From contig JAFYNM010000029.1 of NCBI GenBank assembly GCA_017549765.1, positions 21,024 to 85,023 of the forward strand: 64,000 nt of DNA, given 5' to 3'. Below the pieces are notes generated by a model that was given only the letters and a program-made list of their open reading frames with translations, was not told the origin of the DNA and searched no databases. Source of the stretch: Bacteroidales bacterium. Its GTDB lineage: Bacteria > Bacteroidota > Bacteroidia > Bacteroidales > WCHB1-69. The number at the start of each line of letters is the position of its first letter. The first letter of the stretch is position 1. The position numbers and the translations under genes are program-made. This document shows, one piece after another, positions 45,857-55,596 of the stretch.

Positions 45857-46717
45857 ATGCTCTATCTCATTCTTGCCATAATATTTTCGTCAGGGGTGTT
45901 TGTCACCATGCGCTTTTTCAAACGCTTTGAGTTGGACAACCACCAAGCTTTGATGTGGAACTACGTTTTTGCCACGGTTACAGGTTTCCTGATATGCCAC
46001 CACTACGACACGCTTCCCCAATTGGTCCACGAATCTTGGTTTGGCTTGTCGTTGTTGACGGGCTTTTGGTTCATCTTCACCTATTTGCTCATGACCGCCT
46101 CCACACAGTCGTCTGGCATCACCATCACCTCGCTCTCCAGCAAGCTTTCGGTGGTGCTGCCCACGTTGGCCGGCGTGCTCATCTTTCATGAACGATTGAA
46201 TCTGAAAGTCACGGCCGGAATCGTGTTGGCCTTGGTGGCTTTGGTCTTGGTGTTGGGAGGAGACGGCAAAACGTCAGGTATTGAAGGGCGAATCAATTGG
46301 ATATTGCCCGTGTTGATTTTCTTCGGCACAGGCACAGGCGACATTTTGATGAAACTCAACGAACAGTACAATACAGGCAATATGGGTTTTATGATTGCCT
46401 TTATCTATCTGATTGCCACGTTGTTCGGCGTTGTTTTAGTGGTTTATGACCTGATTCGGGGCAAAACCAAATGGCAAAGCAAGAATGTCCTCGGCGGGAT
46501 CGCGCTGGGTGTCATCAACTTCTTCTCCACCTACTGCGTGTTTCACGCTATGCGATATTTCGACAACGTGGTGCTTTTCCCCATCTACAACATCGGGGTG
46601 GTATGCCTCACCGCCTTGATTGGATGGCTGCTGTTCAAGGAGAAGCTGTCATGGAAGAATTATCTCGGCCTCGCCATCGCCATCGTGGCCGTGGTGCTGA
46701 TCACGGTGAGGATGTAG
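45857..46717 (+). CDS. EamA/DMT-superfamily transporter
   Basis: About 286 aa with ten predicted TM helices in two EamA-like halves. A TTG start at 45848 is possible. Confidence 0.7.
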   Translation: MLYLILAIIFSSGVFVTMRFFKRFELDNHQALMWNYVFATVTGFLICHHYDTLPQLVHESWFGLSLLTGFWFIFTYLLMTASTQSSGITITSLSSKLSVVLPTLAGVLIFHERLNLKVTAGIVLALVALVLVLGGDGKTSGIEGRINWILPVLIFFGTGTGDILMKLNEQYNTGNMGFMIAFIYLIATLFGVVLVVYDLIRGKTKWQSKNVLGGIALGVINFFSTYCVFHAMRYFDNVVLFPIYNIGVVCLTALIGWLLFKEKLSWKNYLGLAIAIVAVVLITVRM

Positions 46718-46910
46718 GAGGTGATGTGATCTGTTGAGGAGACAGATGCCTTCCCGCCGAGTTCCCAAGCAGTTTTTCGCCAACTCGCCGAACGAAAATC
46801 TATTTTATTGTTTTTCAATAGTTCGTGATTATTTATAAAATGCTTTGATTTTTGATAATATTTTGTTGAAATAAGGTGATGCAACCAGATTCGGACTGCG
46901 AAGAAAATTG

Positions 46911-46918
46911 TATCTTTG
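46911..46918 (+). promoter_or_regulatory. -7 promoter box TATCTTTG
   Basis: Exact TAnnTTTG in an AT-rich spacer, upstream of the small ORF/remnant and the 47114 gene. Confidence 0.4.
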
Positions 46919-46934
46919 CGGTTTAAATCTATCC

Positions 46935-47105
46935 TGGGATTGTCATCATAGTTTATCTCAATTAGCCCATATATTAAACAGAAATATGCGAGCATTGCGA
47001 TACCATTACATAAATCAACTTCTTAAGCAAGGCAAACTCTTCTACACCATCCCTGAAATGCTGAACCATCCCAAACAGAAGTACACCACAAAGAAAAATC
47101 AATAA
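46935..47105 (+). pseudogene. possible orphan C-terminal remnant of a Fic/AlbA_2-type regulator gene
   Basis: Translation ..LSQLAHILNRNMRALRYHYINQLLKQGKLFYTIPEMLNHPKQKYTTKK resembles, from memory, the conserved ..Y(I/L)xxLxxxGxLxxTIPxxPxSxxQKY tail of those Bacteroidales proteins. No upstream body is present. Confidence 0.3.
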
Positions 47106-47113
47106 GTTGCAAT

Positions 47114-47707
47114 ATGAAACGACTTTCTATCTTCCTCGCATTTCTGTCTCTTTCCGTGACGGTTGTCCATGCGCAGCACTACTGGCCGGTTTCTTGTTCG
47201 GAATCTGGCTTGAAGGGAAAGGTTCATGAAGTGGTCACGATGACGTACTTTCCCGAAGATTCCACCGGGCTTGGTCTGAAAATGGTTGTTCAAACCCGTT
47301 TGTACTCTCCCGAAGGGTTGCTCACTCACCAATTTGAGTCTAATCCAGGAAGTGATTTCTCTACCGAATACATTTACGATGGGGCATTATTGACAGATGT
47401 GTATTTCAATGCGGATGGAGAATACCACGCTCGCTATTATTATTCAGACGGTGTACCTTCCATGATTGTTGTTTCCTCAAAACAAGGCGATTACATCTAT
47501 CCGAATGATACAATAATGGTCTCATACGAAAATGGCAAGCTATCGTTTACGCCTTCAAAAGACCTTTTCACCCATGACATTTTCTTACCCTCAGAGTCTG
47601 ATATAACTTTACTGGAATCTGAGGTTGTCGAATACGATGAAGTCGGTAACTGGATATTTCGCAAACGGGGCAAAGATGCGCAATCGAGGCATATTGTTTA
47701 TTGGTAA
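47114..47707 (+). CDS. hypothetical secreted protein
   Basis: 197 aa. Signal MKRLSIFLAFLSLSVTVVHAQ. Low GC. No family recognised. Confidence 0.6.
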   Translation: MKRLSIFLAFLSLSVTVVHAQHYWPVSCSESGLKGKVHEVVTMTYFPEDSTGLGLKMVVQTRLYSPEGLLTHQFESNPGSDFSTEYIYDGALLTDVYFNADGEYHARYYYSDGVPSMIVVSSKQGDYIYPNDTIMVSYENGKLSFTPSKDLFTHDIFLPSESDITLLESEVVEYDEVGNWIFRKRGKDAQSRHIVYW

Positions 47708-47716
47708 TAACTAACA

Positions 47717-48517
47717 ATGATTTTCGAAATGAACCCTACAATTTCCGCCCCCGCCACCATCGCCTACCTCGAATCCCTGCGCAATGAGAAGCAACGAGCT
47801 GTCCTGATGCGGTTTTTCAAGACGGGGCCGGGACAGTATGGCGAGGGGGATGAGTTCCTGGGGCTGAAGGTGCCGCAGACCCGCGAGGTGGTGAAAGTTA
47901 TCGCTAAGGATTTCCCGCTTGAGGAGGTGCCGGAGCTGCTGATGTCGAAGTGGCACGAGGTGCGGCTCTGCGGACTGCTGATCCTCGTCACGAAGTTCGA
48001 GAAGTTGGCCACGAAACGGCTGGCCAACAACGCGGAGGCGGCACGCCAAAGGGATGAAATCCTCACCCTGTATCTGCAATACGCCGAACGGGCCAACAAC
48101 TGGGATCTCGTGGATTTATCCACCCATAAAATATTGGGGAACTGGCTATTGCTTCCCACTTTCCTCGGCGGCGACGAGCTGGATATGCACGAAGACTATA
48201 AGGTGCAAGTGATGGACGAGTTAGCTGCCAGTCCCTGCCTCTGGAAGCAGCGCATGAGCATGGTATGCACGTGGAAGACCCTGCAACAGGGCGACTACTG
48301 GTGGTGCCTGCGCTATGCGGAAGTGCACCTGCACCACCCGCACGACCTGATGCAGAAGGCGGTCGGCTGGATGCTCCGCGAGATGGGCAAACGCATCAGC
48401 ATGGACATGCTGCGCAACTTCCTCCAATTGCACGCGCCCGAAATGCCCCGCACCGCCCTCCGCTATGCCATTGAACAGATGGATGAGGAGGAACGGAAGA
48501 TGTGGATGGGAATGTGA
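47717..48517 (+). CDS. DNA alkylation repair protein (AlkD/AlkC-like HEAT repeat)
   Basis: 266 aa. RFFKTGPGQYGEGDEFLGLKVPQTREV, NNWDLVDLS and WMLREMGK are typical of the family. Confidence 0.8.
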   Translation: MIFEMNPTISAPATIAYLESLRNEKQRAVLMRFFKTGPGQYGEGDEFLGLKVPQTREVVKVIAKDFPLEEVPELLMSKWHEVRLCGLLILVTKFEKLATKRLANNAEAARQRDEILTLYLQYAERANNWDLVDLSTHKILGNWLLLPTFLGGDELDMHEDYKVQVMDELAASPCLWKQRMSMVCTWKTLQQGDYWWCLRYAEVHLHHPHDLMQKAVGWMLREMGKRISMDMLRNFLQLHAPEMPRTALRYAIEQMDEEERKMWMGM

Positions 48518-48526
48518 TGATTAATT

Positions 48527-48554
48527 GTAGAGACGTTTCATGAAACGTCTCTAC
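48527..48554. terminator. 28-nt perfect palindrome between convergent genes (bidirectional terminator candidate)
   Basis: GTAGAGACGTTTCA|TGAAACGTCTCTAC with 14-nt arms. Confidence 0.6.
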
Positions 48555-48567
48555 AGGGGTAAACCGA

Positions 48568-49122
48568 TTATTCATTTACGAACGCGGCGAATTTCTCCGC
48601 CTGCGCCTTCAACTGCGCCACCTGTTCGTCGGTGAGGTTGAACTCGCCTTTGGTCCAGGCCTCCACGCCGAGGGCGATGCCCGTCTGCGGCTCTTTCATC
48701 ACCTGCATCTTCATGAACTCCAACAGGTCGTTCAACTTGGCACGGCAAGAGGCGGTCTGGTTGTTGCCACCGGCACCACTTGCGGTCACCTTCTTACCCA
48801 CCACGGCAGAAGGGTTGGCAAAGTCGCGGATGTCCATCGGGCGGGAGAGCCAGTCCAGCAGGTTCTTGAGCAGACCGGGATAGCTGTAGTTGTACTCTGG
48901 TGTGAAGATCCAGATGCCGTCGGCGGCGAGGACCTCCTTGCGCACACGTGCCACGGGAGCGGGCGTATTTGCTTCCAAGTCCTGATTCATCAACGGGACA
49001 TCTTCAAAATCAAGATGTTGGATGTTGAACTGGCCATCTAATATTTTCTCAGCCATGGGGGCCAACTGGCGGTTAAAGGATTGTTCTCTTACGGAACCGA
49101 TAATAAAGAGGATGTTTTTCAT
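48568..49122 (-). CDS. NAD(P)H-dependent FMN reductase family oxidoreductase
   Basis: 184 aa. N-terminal MKNILFIIGSVREQSFNRQLA and TPEYNYSYPGLLKN flavodoxin-like signatures. Confidence 0.82.
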   Translation of the reverse strand: MKNILFIIGSVREQSFNRQLAPMAEKILDGQFNIQHLDFEDVPLMNQDLEANTPAPVARVRKEVLAADGIWIFTPEYNYSYPGLLKNLLDWLSRPMDIRDFANPSAVVGKKVTASGAGGNNQTASCRAKLNDLLEFMKMQVMKEPQTGIALGVEAWTKGEFNLTDEQVAQLKAQAEKFAAFVNE

Positions 49123-49150
49123 TGTGATTATTTTATGGTGGATTGATTTG

Positions 49151-49158
49151 CAAAACTA
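49151..49158 (-). promoter_or_regulatory. -7 promoter box (TAGTTTTG on minus strand) for the FMN reductase gene
   Basis: Plus-strand CAAAACTA, 29 nt upstream of the start at 49122. Confidence 0.5.
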
Positions 49159-49303
49159 CAAAAAAATAGGTGAATACATATTGTACTGCACCACCAAAAT
49201 TGGATAATAGTCCAACATGAAGAGAAAAACACACTCACAGGTAAATAGCTGCCTGAATTATTAACAAAATATCAACAGTGTAGGTTTCTATATGAAGTAA
49301 ATG

Positions 49304-49311
49304 TAAATTTG
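49304..49311 (+). promoter_or_regulatory. -7 promoter box TAAATTTG for the giant surface protein gene
   Basis: Exact TAnnTTTG, 49 nt before the ATG at 49360. Confidence 0.5.
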
Positions 49312-49359
49312 CATACTCGTTTATAGAGATCATTTTTTTTATTCACAAAATTTATTGAT

Positions 49360-52300
49360 ATGAAAAAAGTATTATCCTTTTTGCTGACATTGATGCTGGC
49401 TTTGGCTTCCATGCAGGTGTCAGCGCAGCAAATCGTAGAGATTTTGGGAGATGCAGGTACTACCACCAATTCCTATCTGCCCCTTTATTCGTTCTACAAC
49501 AACACGCTCTCCGAGCAAATCTACACATCTACGGAGATAGGTATTGCCGGTACCATATCTTCGATTTCTTTTTTTAATGGAGGATCCGCAAAATCACCCA
49601 ATCTCAAGATTTACATGATCAACACTGACAAGACGGAGTTCTCCAGCACCAGTGATTGGTTTACCGTTGCGGCTACTGACAAGGTGTTTGAAGGTACTGT
49701 CACCCTTACGGCGGGAGCGTGGACTACCATCCAGTTTACCTCCCCGTTTGTCTATGACGGTGTCAGCAACCTCGGACTTATTGTGGATGCCAATCTCTCA
49801 TACAGTAGCGGACTGGCCTGTCGGGTTTTCTCCAGCACTTCCAATTGTTCCATGTACGTCTATAGTGATGGCACGGATTACAATGCCGTAGGTGCCAGCT
49901 ATTCGGCCAATAGCCGTCTGTCCGTGAAAAACCAGATCAAGCTGGAAATCACTCCTGCCAACCTCAATTGCCACGCTCCCGGACCTTTGAGTGTGTCGAA
50001 TGTCGTTTCCGATGATGCCACAATCACCTGGACCAATCCGGTGGATTTGGGCACCTATATTCTTCAATACAAAACTGCCAACGAGGATTGGGACGGTCTT
50101 AATGTGGTCACAGACTTTCCAAGCGATTCCACCTATGACTTTTCTGGTTTGTTGAGTCCTAATACAACCTATAATGTCCGTGTGGCCAATATGTGCAGTA
50201 ACGGAGATACCAGTTCCTGGCGCAGTACCATCTTTACCACGACCAATGTTGCGGTGCAGCTGCCTTATGTCCAAGACTTTGAGACGAATCCGGAAAGTAT
50301 CACCGATTTTACGATTTCCAACCACGGCCCTAATGGTTGGTATATCGGAAGTGCCACGGGCATGACCTCTACCGAGCCTGCCGTTCACTCTTTGTATATC
50401 TCTAACAACAACGGTGTGTCGAACACCTACGACAACAGCAGCTCTTCCGATGCCTATGCCTATGTGGATGTGGTGTTTGACAACAATCCCTTGGAGTGGC
50501 ATCTCTCTTTCGACTATAATGTCAATGGTGAAGGCGAATCGTATAAATATGACTACTTATCTGTCTATCTGCTGGATGGAAGCACGTCGATCCCGTCTTC
50601 CGGAGCCCCTAACGGTTCAGCACTGCTTTACCAATCCAATCTGTTGTCTGGATGGACACATTTTGATGTAATCATGGAAGGAGTTGTGGGTACCTCCAAA
50701 CGTGTTGTGTTCTACTGGCGCAATGATGGTTCTTCTGGCTCCAATCCCCCGGCAGCGGTGGACAATATCTCTATCGTTGGCTTCACATGTGGCAAACCTT
50801 CCAATATCCAAATGACCAGCTCGACTTCTTCTTCTCTTTCTGTGTCATGGACAGAGAATGGTACCGCCACCAGCTGGTCTGTATTCTATCGTGTGCATGG
50901 AAGTACCGATGCCTACACGGAAATTCAGGTATCCGGTCAGCCTGTGGCGGATATCACCAACCTGAATTCCGATACCAAATACGATATCTACGTAGTGGCT
51001 CATTGTGATGACGGTAGTGATTCCCAAGAGTCCAACATTGCCTCTTTCCGTACCCAGTGCGGTCCTCTGACCCAACTGCCGTACTTTAACAATTTTGATG
51101 ATGTGATTTCCGACAACGGTACTAACTTCATCACCTGTTGGAGCCGTCTGACCACCTTGCCGGAGCGTGTCGTTCGTTGTTATGGCAGTGCAACCCATAG
51201 CGGTGCATATTCTCTCGACTTCAACTATTCTCCTGCCTGTACCACCGCTGCCGTCACCCCGATGCTTGACCCCAGTATTCCGTTGAATACGGTGATGGTC
51301 GATTTTTGGGCTTACAGCGGTCTCGGTCAAGGCTGGATGGAGGTTGGCACGATGAGCGATCCGGCCGATTTCTCTACCTACGAATTCTATGACACAGTCC
51401 GTCTGAGCGCTCCCAGCACGTGGGAGAACCTGATGATCAGTTTCGAGAACTATAACGGTACTAACCAGTACATCGCTTTTCTCGAAATCAACGGTACTAC
51501 GACCTCTTATATCTTTGACGATTTCACCATCGATTATATACCCGTGTGTCTCCATCCTACGAATCTGACTATTGACAGTCTGGCCAGCGATGCGGTTGGT
51601 CTCTCGTGGGATGAGGCTGGTACAGCCAGTTCTTGGGTGATTGAATATGGTCCGGCAGGCTTTACCCTTGGCACTGGAACTACTGTCACAGTCGTTGACA
51701 ATCCTTGCACGGTGGACAATCTGGCGGGTGGCACCACCTACGATTTCTATGTGTATGCGGTCTGCGGCAGTGATCTCTCCGACCCCTTCGGGCCTGTCTC
51801 AGCTACCCCTGGTCAATACAATATGCAGGCTAACGGCAGTGACACGCTCGTTACTTGCGGTATGGCCATTTATGACAATGGTGGTCCGAATGCCAACTAT
51901 AGCAACAATTGCAATACCACGTTGGTGATCTATCCTGCGACAGTCGGTTCCACGCTTATGGTCACTGGTACTGTCAATGTGGAGAATAGCTGGGAACATC
52001 TGTACATCTATGACGGTGTAGGCACTTCTGGCTCATTGTTGGCTGAATATACTGGTTCGCAATCCGTGAACGTGATTGCCTCCAATGGCCCACTCACAAT
52101 TAAGTTCACCTCTGACGGATCGGTGAACAGCTATTCTGGTTACGAACTCTTTGTTCATTGTATTAGCTGTATCCCGCCTTATGGTTTGCAAGTTTCCGAT
52201 ATTATGACCAACTCGGCAAACCTCTCCTGGAGTGGCAGTGGCGACAGTTATCTCGTCTATCTCTATGGCGCTGATACCACTGTGGTTCCCGTAATGGACA

Positions 52301-55300
52301 CCACTTTGTCCATCACCACGCTGGATGTGAATAGCACCTATACCGTTGCTGTGCAGTCGGTGTGTGGCACTGATTCCTCCTTCTTGTCCTCCTCGGTCAC
52401 TTTCACCACACCAACCATCCCGGCCACATTGCCTTATACGACAGACTTTGAGGATGCCACCGACAATGTCCAGTGGGGTATCCTTAATGGTACGCAGACC
52501 AACAAGTGGTATATAGGCACACCTACCGATGCCACCAGTGATGTGAACACGACTTTGGGTGGCACCAACGGTATGTATGTCTCCAACAATGGAGGCGCTT
52601 CCAATACCTACACAGGCTCCGAGAGTCGCGTCTATACGTTCCGCGACATTTTAGTTCCGGATGGCACCACTGAGTTGAAACTCTCATTCGATTGGAAGGC
52701 TATGGGTGGTAGCGATGTCAATGAGTTTCTGCGTGTCTATTGGATTGATCCCGCTGTGGTGCATGTTAATGCAGGTAGCAATCCTCCGACCGTGGGTGGT
52801 GTGAACTACGACCTGTATGCAATGCCCGGCTATCCTACACTTGGCTCACACTGGCTCTCTCAAGAGAACACCTGGCAGCATGAAGAGATGCTCATTTCTG
52901 CCACCCAGTTTAACGGCATGGGCGATGGAGATCATATCTACCGTCTGTACTTCCACTGGCGTAACACCTCTTACTCTGTCAATCCGCCAGCTGCTGTGGA
53001 TAACATCAGCCTTATGGCCGTCACCTGTGCCACACCGCTCAACGTGTCGGTCAGCAATATTGGCGAGAACACAGCTACCGTCTCCTGGAGTGGCAGCGCT
53101 GACTATTTCGGAGTGACCATCATTTCTCCGGATGGTACGCAGGATGTGCAGACCTCGACAGATACATCCCTGGTGATTTCAGGCCTTAACTCTAACACGG
53201 TTTATCAAGTGGCTGTGAAAGGCTACTGTGGCACAGATTCCTCCGTAATCTCCCAAGGAGTGCAGTTTACGACGGCTTGTGGCGCCATTGCCTCTCTGCC
53301 ATTTTATGCCGATTTCAATATCTACTCCTCTATGAGCGGCTCCAATTTCATCAATTGCTGGAGCCGTCATTCCAGCGACCCCGCTAATCACTGGGTGTAT
53401 GTCAATGCCGGTGCCGACGCTTATAATGGCGGTTCCTTGGACTTCCACTATACGCCGAACTGCTATACGATGGCCATCACTCCGATGTTCGATCCTTCCA
53501 TCTCGTTGAACACTTTGATGGTTGAAGGTTTGACTAGAATTCACCTGAACGGAACGGCTGGCGTATTTGAGATTGGTACGGTCAGTGACCCGAATGATCC
53601 GACTACTTTCACTCCGTATGATACGATTGAATATACGGCCACCTTTACATGGCTGCCGTTTACCATCATGTTCAACAACTATACGGGCAACGATCATTAT
53701 ATTGCATTCCGTGCGGTGAATGGTCAGAGTGTGTCTTACCTCCTTGACAATATTACTATAGATGTGATCCCGAGCTGCTCGCATCCTGCTTCATTGTCGG
53801 TTTCCAACGTCACCAGCGACGGTGCTACTGTCACCTGGAACGGCATAACAGCTAACTATGTGATAGAATATGGCCCCGCAGGATTCACGCAGGGCACGGG
53901 CACTATCGTGAACGTCACAGGCGCGATGACCTATACCTTTACAGGCCTGACTCCTGCTACCTCTTACACCGTTTACGTCCAGAGTGACTGTGGTTCCGAA
54001 GGACTCTCTGAGGCTGTTTCCATCAATTTCAAGACCACTTGTAACACTACCAGTGTTCCTTATAGTGAAAACTTTGACAGCTATGTTACCAACTCAGACT
54101 ACAACGATAGCCATGGTATAGCCCCCGATTGCTGGACTACCTACAGCGCTAATTCCACCTATGGTGCCCCGCATATCACGAGTACCGGATCTTACCACTA
54201 TGTGCATAGCGGTAGCAACTGTATGGTCTTCACCTGCAATAGCTCTGGCGCCAATGCATACGCTGCGCTCCCGACATTCGATCAGCCGTTGAACACCTTG
54301 AAGGTCAACTTCTGGCGTGCCATGGAAAGTACTTCATCCGGAACGTTGACCGTAGGTTATGTGACTGACTTGAGCAATCTGCAGGGCTCCTTTGTGTCTG
54401 TGGCTACTATACCGTCTGTAAGTTCCAGTAACGGTGATACCATTACAGTGGATTTCTCCAATGTCAACATCGCCAATGGTAATATCTGTTTCCATTGGTA
54501 TAAGGATGGAACTTACTATTCCTGCTGTATCGATGATATCAATGTCACGCTCAGTGGTAGTGGCCCGGTTGTTACCAACCCGACGGTGACAACGGGAGCA
54601 GTCTCCAATGTGTCAACCACCACCGCCACGCTGAACGCTACCATCACGAATCCTGACGATGTGACGATTTCGGCCAAAGGCTTTGAGTGGAAGGCTACCA
54701 TCGGAGGCACCTACTCTCCGGTGGCTGGTACGGGAAGCGGCAATACGTTCACCGCCAACCTCACGAACCTGACCCCGAATACAAGCTACACCTATAAAGC
54801 ATTCATCACCTATAATGGAACGACGGTCTATGGCGAAGAGGAGACCTTCATTACGGAGCAAGAGCAGCAGCAGACATGCCCGGCTCCTACGAACCTGACG
54901 GCCACGATCGACGCCACGAGTCACACGACGGTGACGCTTACTTGGCAACAGGAGCCCAACACCGCCAACGAGTGGCAGATCAACTACCGCCAGACGACGG
55001 AGAGCACCTGGAGCACGGTGACGACTACGGCCACCACCTACACGTTGACCGACCTCACGCCCAATGTGGACTATGAGGCCAACGTGGTGGCACACTGCAC
55101 CAACGGTCTGACGAGCGATCCTTCCAACACGGTGAGCTGGCACACGGACGACGTGGGCATAGCCGGCTATCTGGAGAAGGCTGTCAGCCTCTATCCTAAT
55201 CCTGCTACCGAGATGATTGCTGTGGAGGTCAGCGATGCCAATATCATGATCACGGGCGTGGAGGTGTACAACGTCTATGGCCAGTTGATCAACACCATCG

Positions 55301-55413
55301 TTTCCACGGAGAATCCGTTGCGCATCAATATCAGTGGCCTTGCCGACGGCATGTACTATGTGCGTGTCACGACGGACGGCGGTGTGGTGACGAAGAACTT
55401 CGTGAAGAGATAG
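49360..55413 (+). CDS. 2017-aa T9SS-sorted multidomain surface protein (Fn3, choice-of-anchor-J/MAM-like, CUB-like domains)
   Basis: Signal peptide ..ASMQVSAQ. Repeated Fn3-like modules (..TWT/SWS.., IEYGPAGFT). Jelly-roll modules ending NPPAAVDNIS(I/L). A CUB-like block (51823-52170). C-terminal sorting domain LYPNPATEMIAVEV..GMYYVRVTTDGGVVTKNFVKR. Confidence 0.85.
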   Translation: MKKVLSFLLTLMLALASMQVSAQQIVEILGDAGTTTNSYLPLYSFYNNTLSEQIYTSTEIGIAGTISSISFFNGGSAKSPNLKIYMINTDKTEFSSTSDWFTVAATDKVFEGTVTLTAGAWTTIQFTSPFVYDGVSNLGLIVDANLSYSSGLACRVFSSTSNCSMYVYSDGTDYNAVGASYSANSRLSVKNQIKLEITPANLNCHAPGPLSVSNVVSDDATITWTNPVDLGTYILQYKTANEDWDGLNVVTDFPSDSTYDFSGLLSPNTTYNVRVANMCSNGDTSSWRSTIFTTTNVAVQLPYVQDFETNPESITDFTISNHGPNGWYIGSATGMTSTEPAVHSLYISNNNGVSNTYDNSSSSDAYAYVDVVFDNNPLEWHLSFDYNVNGEGESYKYDYLSVYLLDGSTSIPSSGAPNGSALLYQSNLLSGWTHFDVIMEGVVGTSKRVVFYWRNDGSSGSNPPAAVDNISIVGFTCGKPSNIQMTSSTSSSLSVSWTENGTATSWSVFYRVHGSTDAYTEIQVSGQPVADITNLNSDTKYDIYVVAHCDDGSDSQESNIASFRTQCGPLTQLPYFNNFDDVISDNGTNFITCWSRLTTLPERVVRCYGSATHSGAYSLDFNYSPACTTAAVTPMLDPSIPLNTVMVDFWAYSGLGQGWMEVGTMSDPADFSTYEFYDTVRLSAPSTWENLMISFENYNGTNQYIAFLEINGTTTSYIFDDFTIDYIPVCLHPTNLTIDSLASDAVGLSWDEAGTASSWVIEYGPAGFTLGTGTTVTVVDNPCTVDNLAGGTTYDFYVYAVCGSDLSDPFGPVSATPGQYNMQANGSDTLVTCGMAIYDNGGPNANYSNNCNTTLVIYPATVGSTLMVTGTVNVENSWEHLYIYDGVGTSGSLLAEYTGSQSVNVIASNGPLTIKFTSDGSVNSYSGYELFVHCISCIPPYGLQVSDIMTNSANLSWSGSGDSYLVYLYGADTTVVPVMDTTLSITTLDVNSTYTVAVQSVCGTDSSFLSSSVTFTTPTIPATLPYTTDFEDATDNVQWGILNGTQTNKWYIGTPTDATSDVNTTLGGTNGMYVSNNGGASNTYTGSESRVYTFRDILVPDGTTELKLSFDWKAMGGSDVNEFLRVYWIDPAVVHVNAGSNPPTVGGVNYDLYAMPGYPTLGSHWLSQENTWQHEEMLISATQFNGMGDGDHIYRLYFHWRNTSYSVNPPAAVDNISLMAVTCATPLNVSVSNIGENTATVSWSGSADYFGVTIISPDGTQDVQTSTDTSLVISGLNSNTVYQVAVKGYCGTDSSVISQGVQFTTACGAIASLPFYADFNIYSSMSGSNFINCWSRHSSDPANHWVYVNAGADAYNGGSLDFHYTPNCYTMAITPMFDPSISLNTLMVEGLTRIHLNGTAGVFEIGTVSDPNDPTTFTPYDTIEYTATFTWLPFTIMFNNYTGNDHYIAFRAVNGQSVSYLLDNITIDVIPSCSHPASLSVSNVTSDGATVTWNGITANYVIEYGPAGFTQGTGTIVNVTGAMTYTFTGLTPATSYTVYVQSDCGSEGLSEAVSINFKTTCNTTSVPYSENFDSYVTNSDYNDSHGIAPDCWTTYSANSTYGAPHITSTGSYHYVHSGSNCMVFTCNSSGANAYAALPTFDQPLNTLKVNFWRAMESTSSGTLTVGYVTDLSNLQGSFVSVATIPSVSSSNGDTITVDFSNVNIANGNICFHWYKDGTYYSCCIDDINVTLSGSGPVVTNPTVTTGAVSNVSTTTATLNATITNPDDVTISAKGFEWKATIGGTYSPVAGTGSGNTFTANLTNLTPNTSYTYKAFITYNGTTVYGEEETFITEQEQQQTCPAPTNLTATIDATSHTTVTLTWQQEPNTANEWQINYRQTTESTWSTVTTTATTYTLTDLTPNVDYEANVVAHCTNGLTSDPSNTVSWHTDDVGIAGYLEKAVSLYPNPATEMIAVEVSDANIMITGVEVYNVYGQLINTIVSTENPLRINISGLADGMYYVRVTTDGGVVTKNFVKR

Positions 55414-55452
55414 CCATCCTGCTAATGGCTGTTAGCCATTAGCTATTAGCTG
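55411..55452. repeat. heptamer array (TAGCCAT .. TTAGCCA TTAGCTA TTAGCTG) starting at the giant gene's stop codon
   Basis: Six phased units. It also contains a 10-bp inverted repeat, GCTAATGGCT / AGCCATTAGC (55421-55443). Confidence 0.8.
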
Positions 55453-55490
55453 GCGTGCGGCTTCGGGCAACCGGGGTCGCACGCTTTTTT
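55453..55490 (+). terminator. rho-independent terminator after the giant gene
   Basis: Stem GCGTGCG / CGCACGC enclosing a GC-rich loop, followed by TTTTTT. Confidence 0.75.
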
Positions 55491-55596
55491 ATGAAGGGTA
55501 TAGATTAATTAAACCATGGAATTAAGGAGTGAGACACACAGTTCCTAAGGAACTCCAATCGTTGCGGTAGAATATCCTGTCGGATTGCAGATGCGT

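Noticed and set aside
52995-53003. TGTGGATAA, a DnaA-box-like 9-mer
   Set aside because: It is a single occurrence inside the giant CDS, with no cluster or AT-rich unwinding region. It is not an origin.
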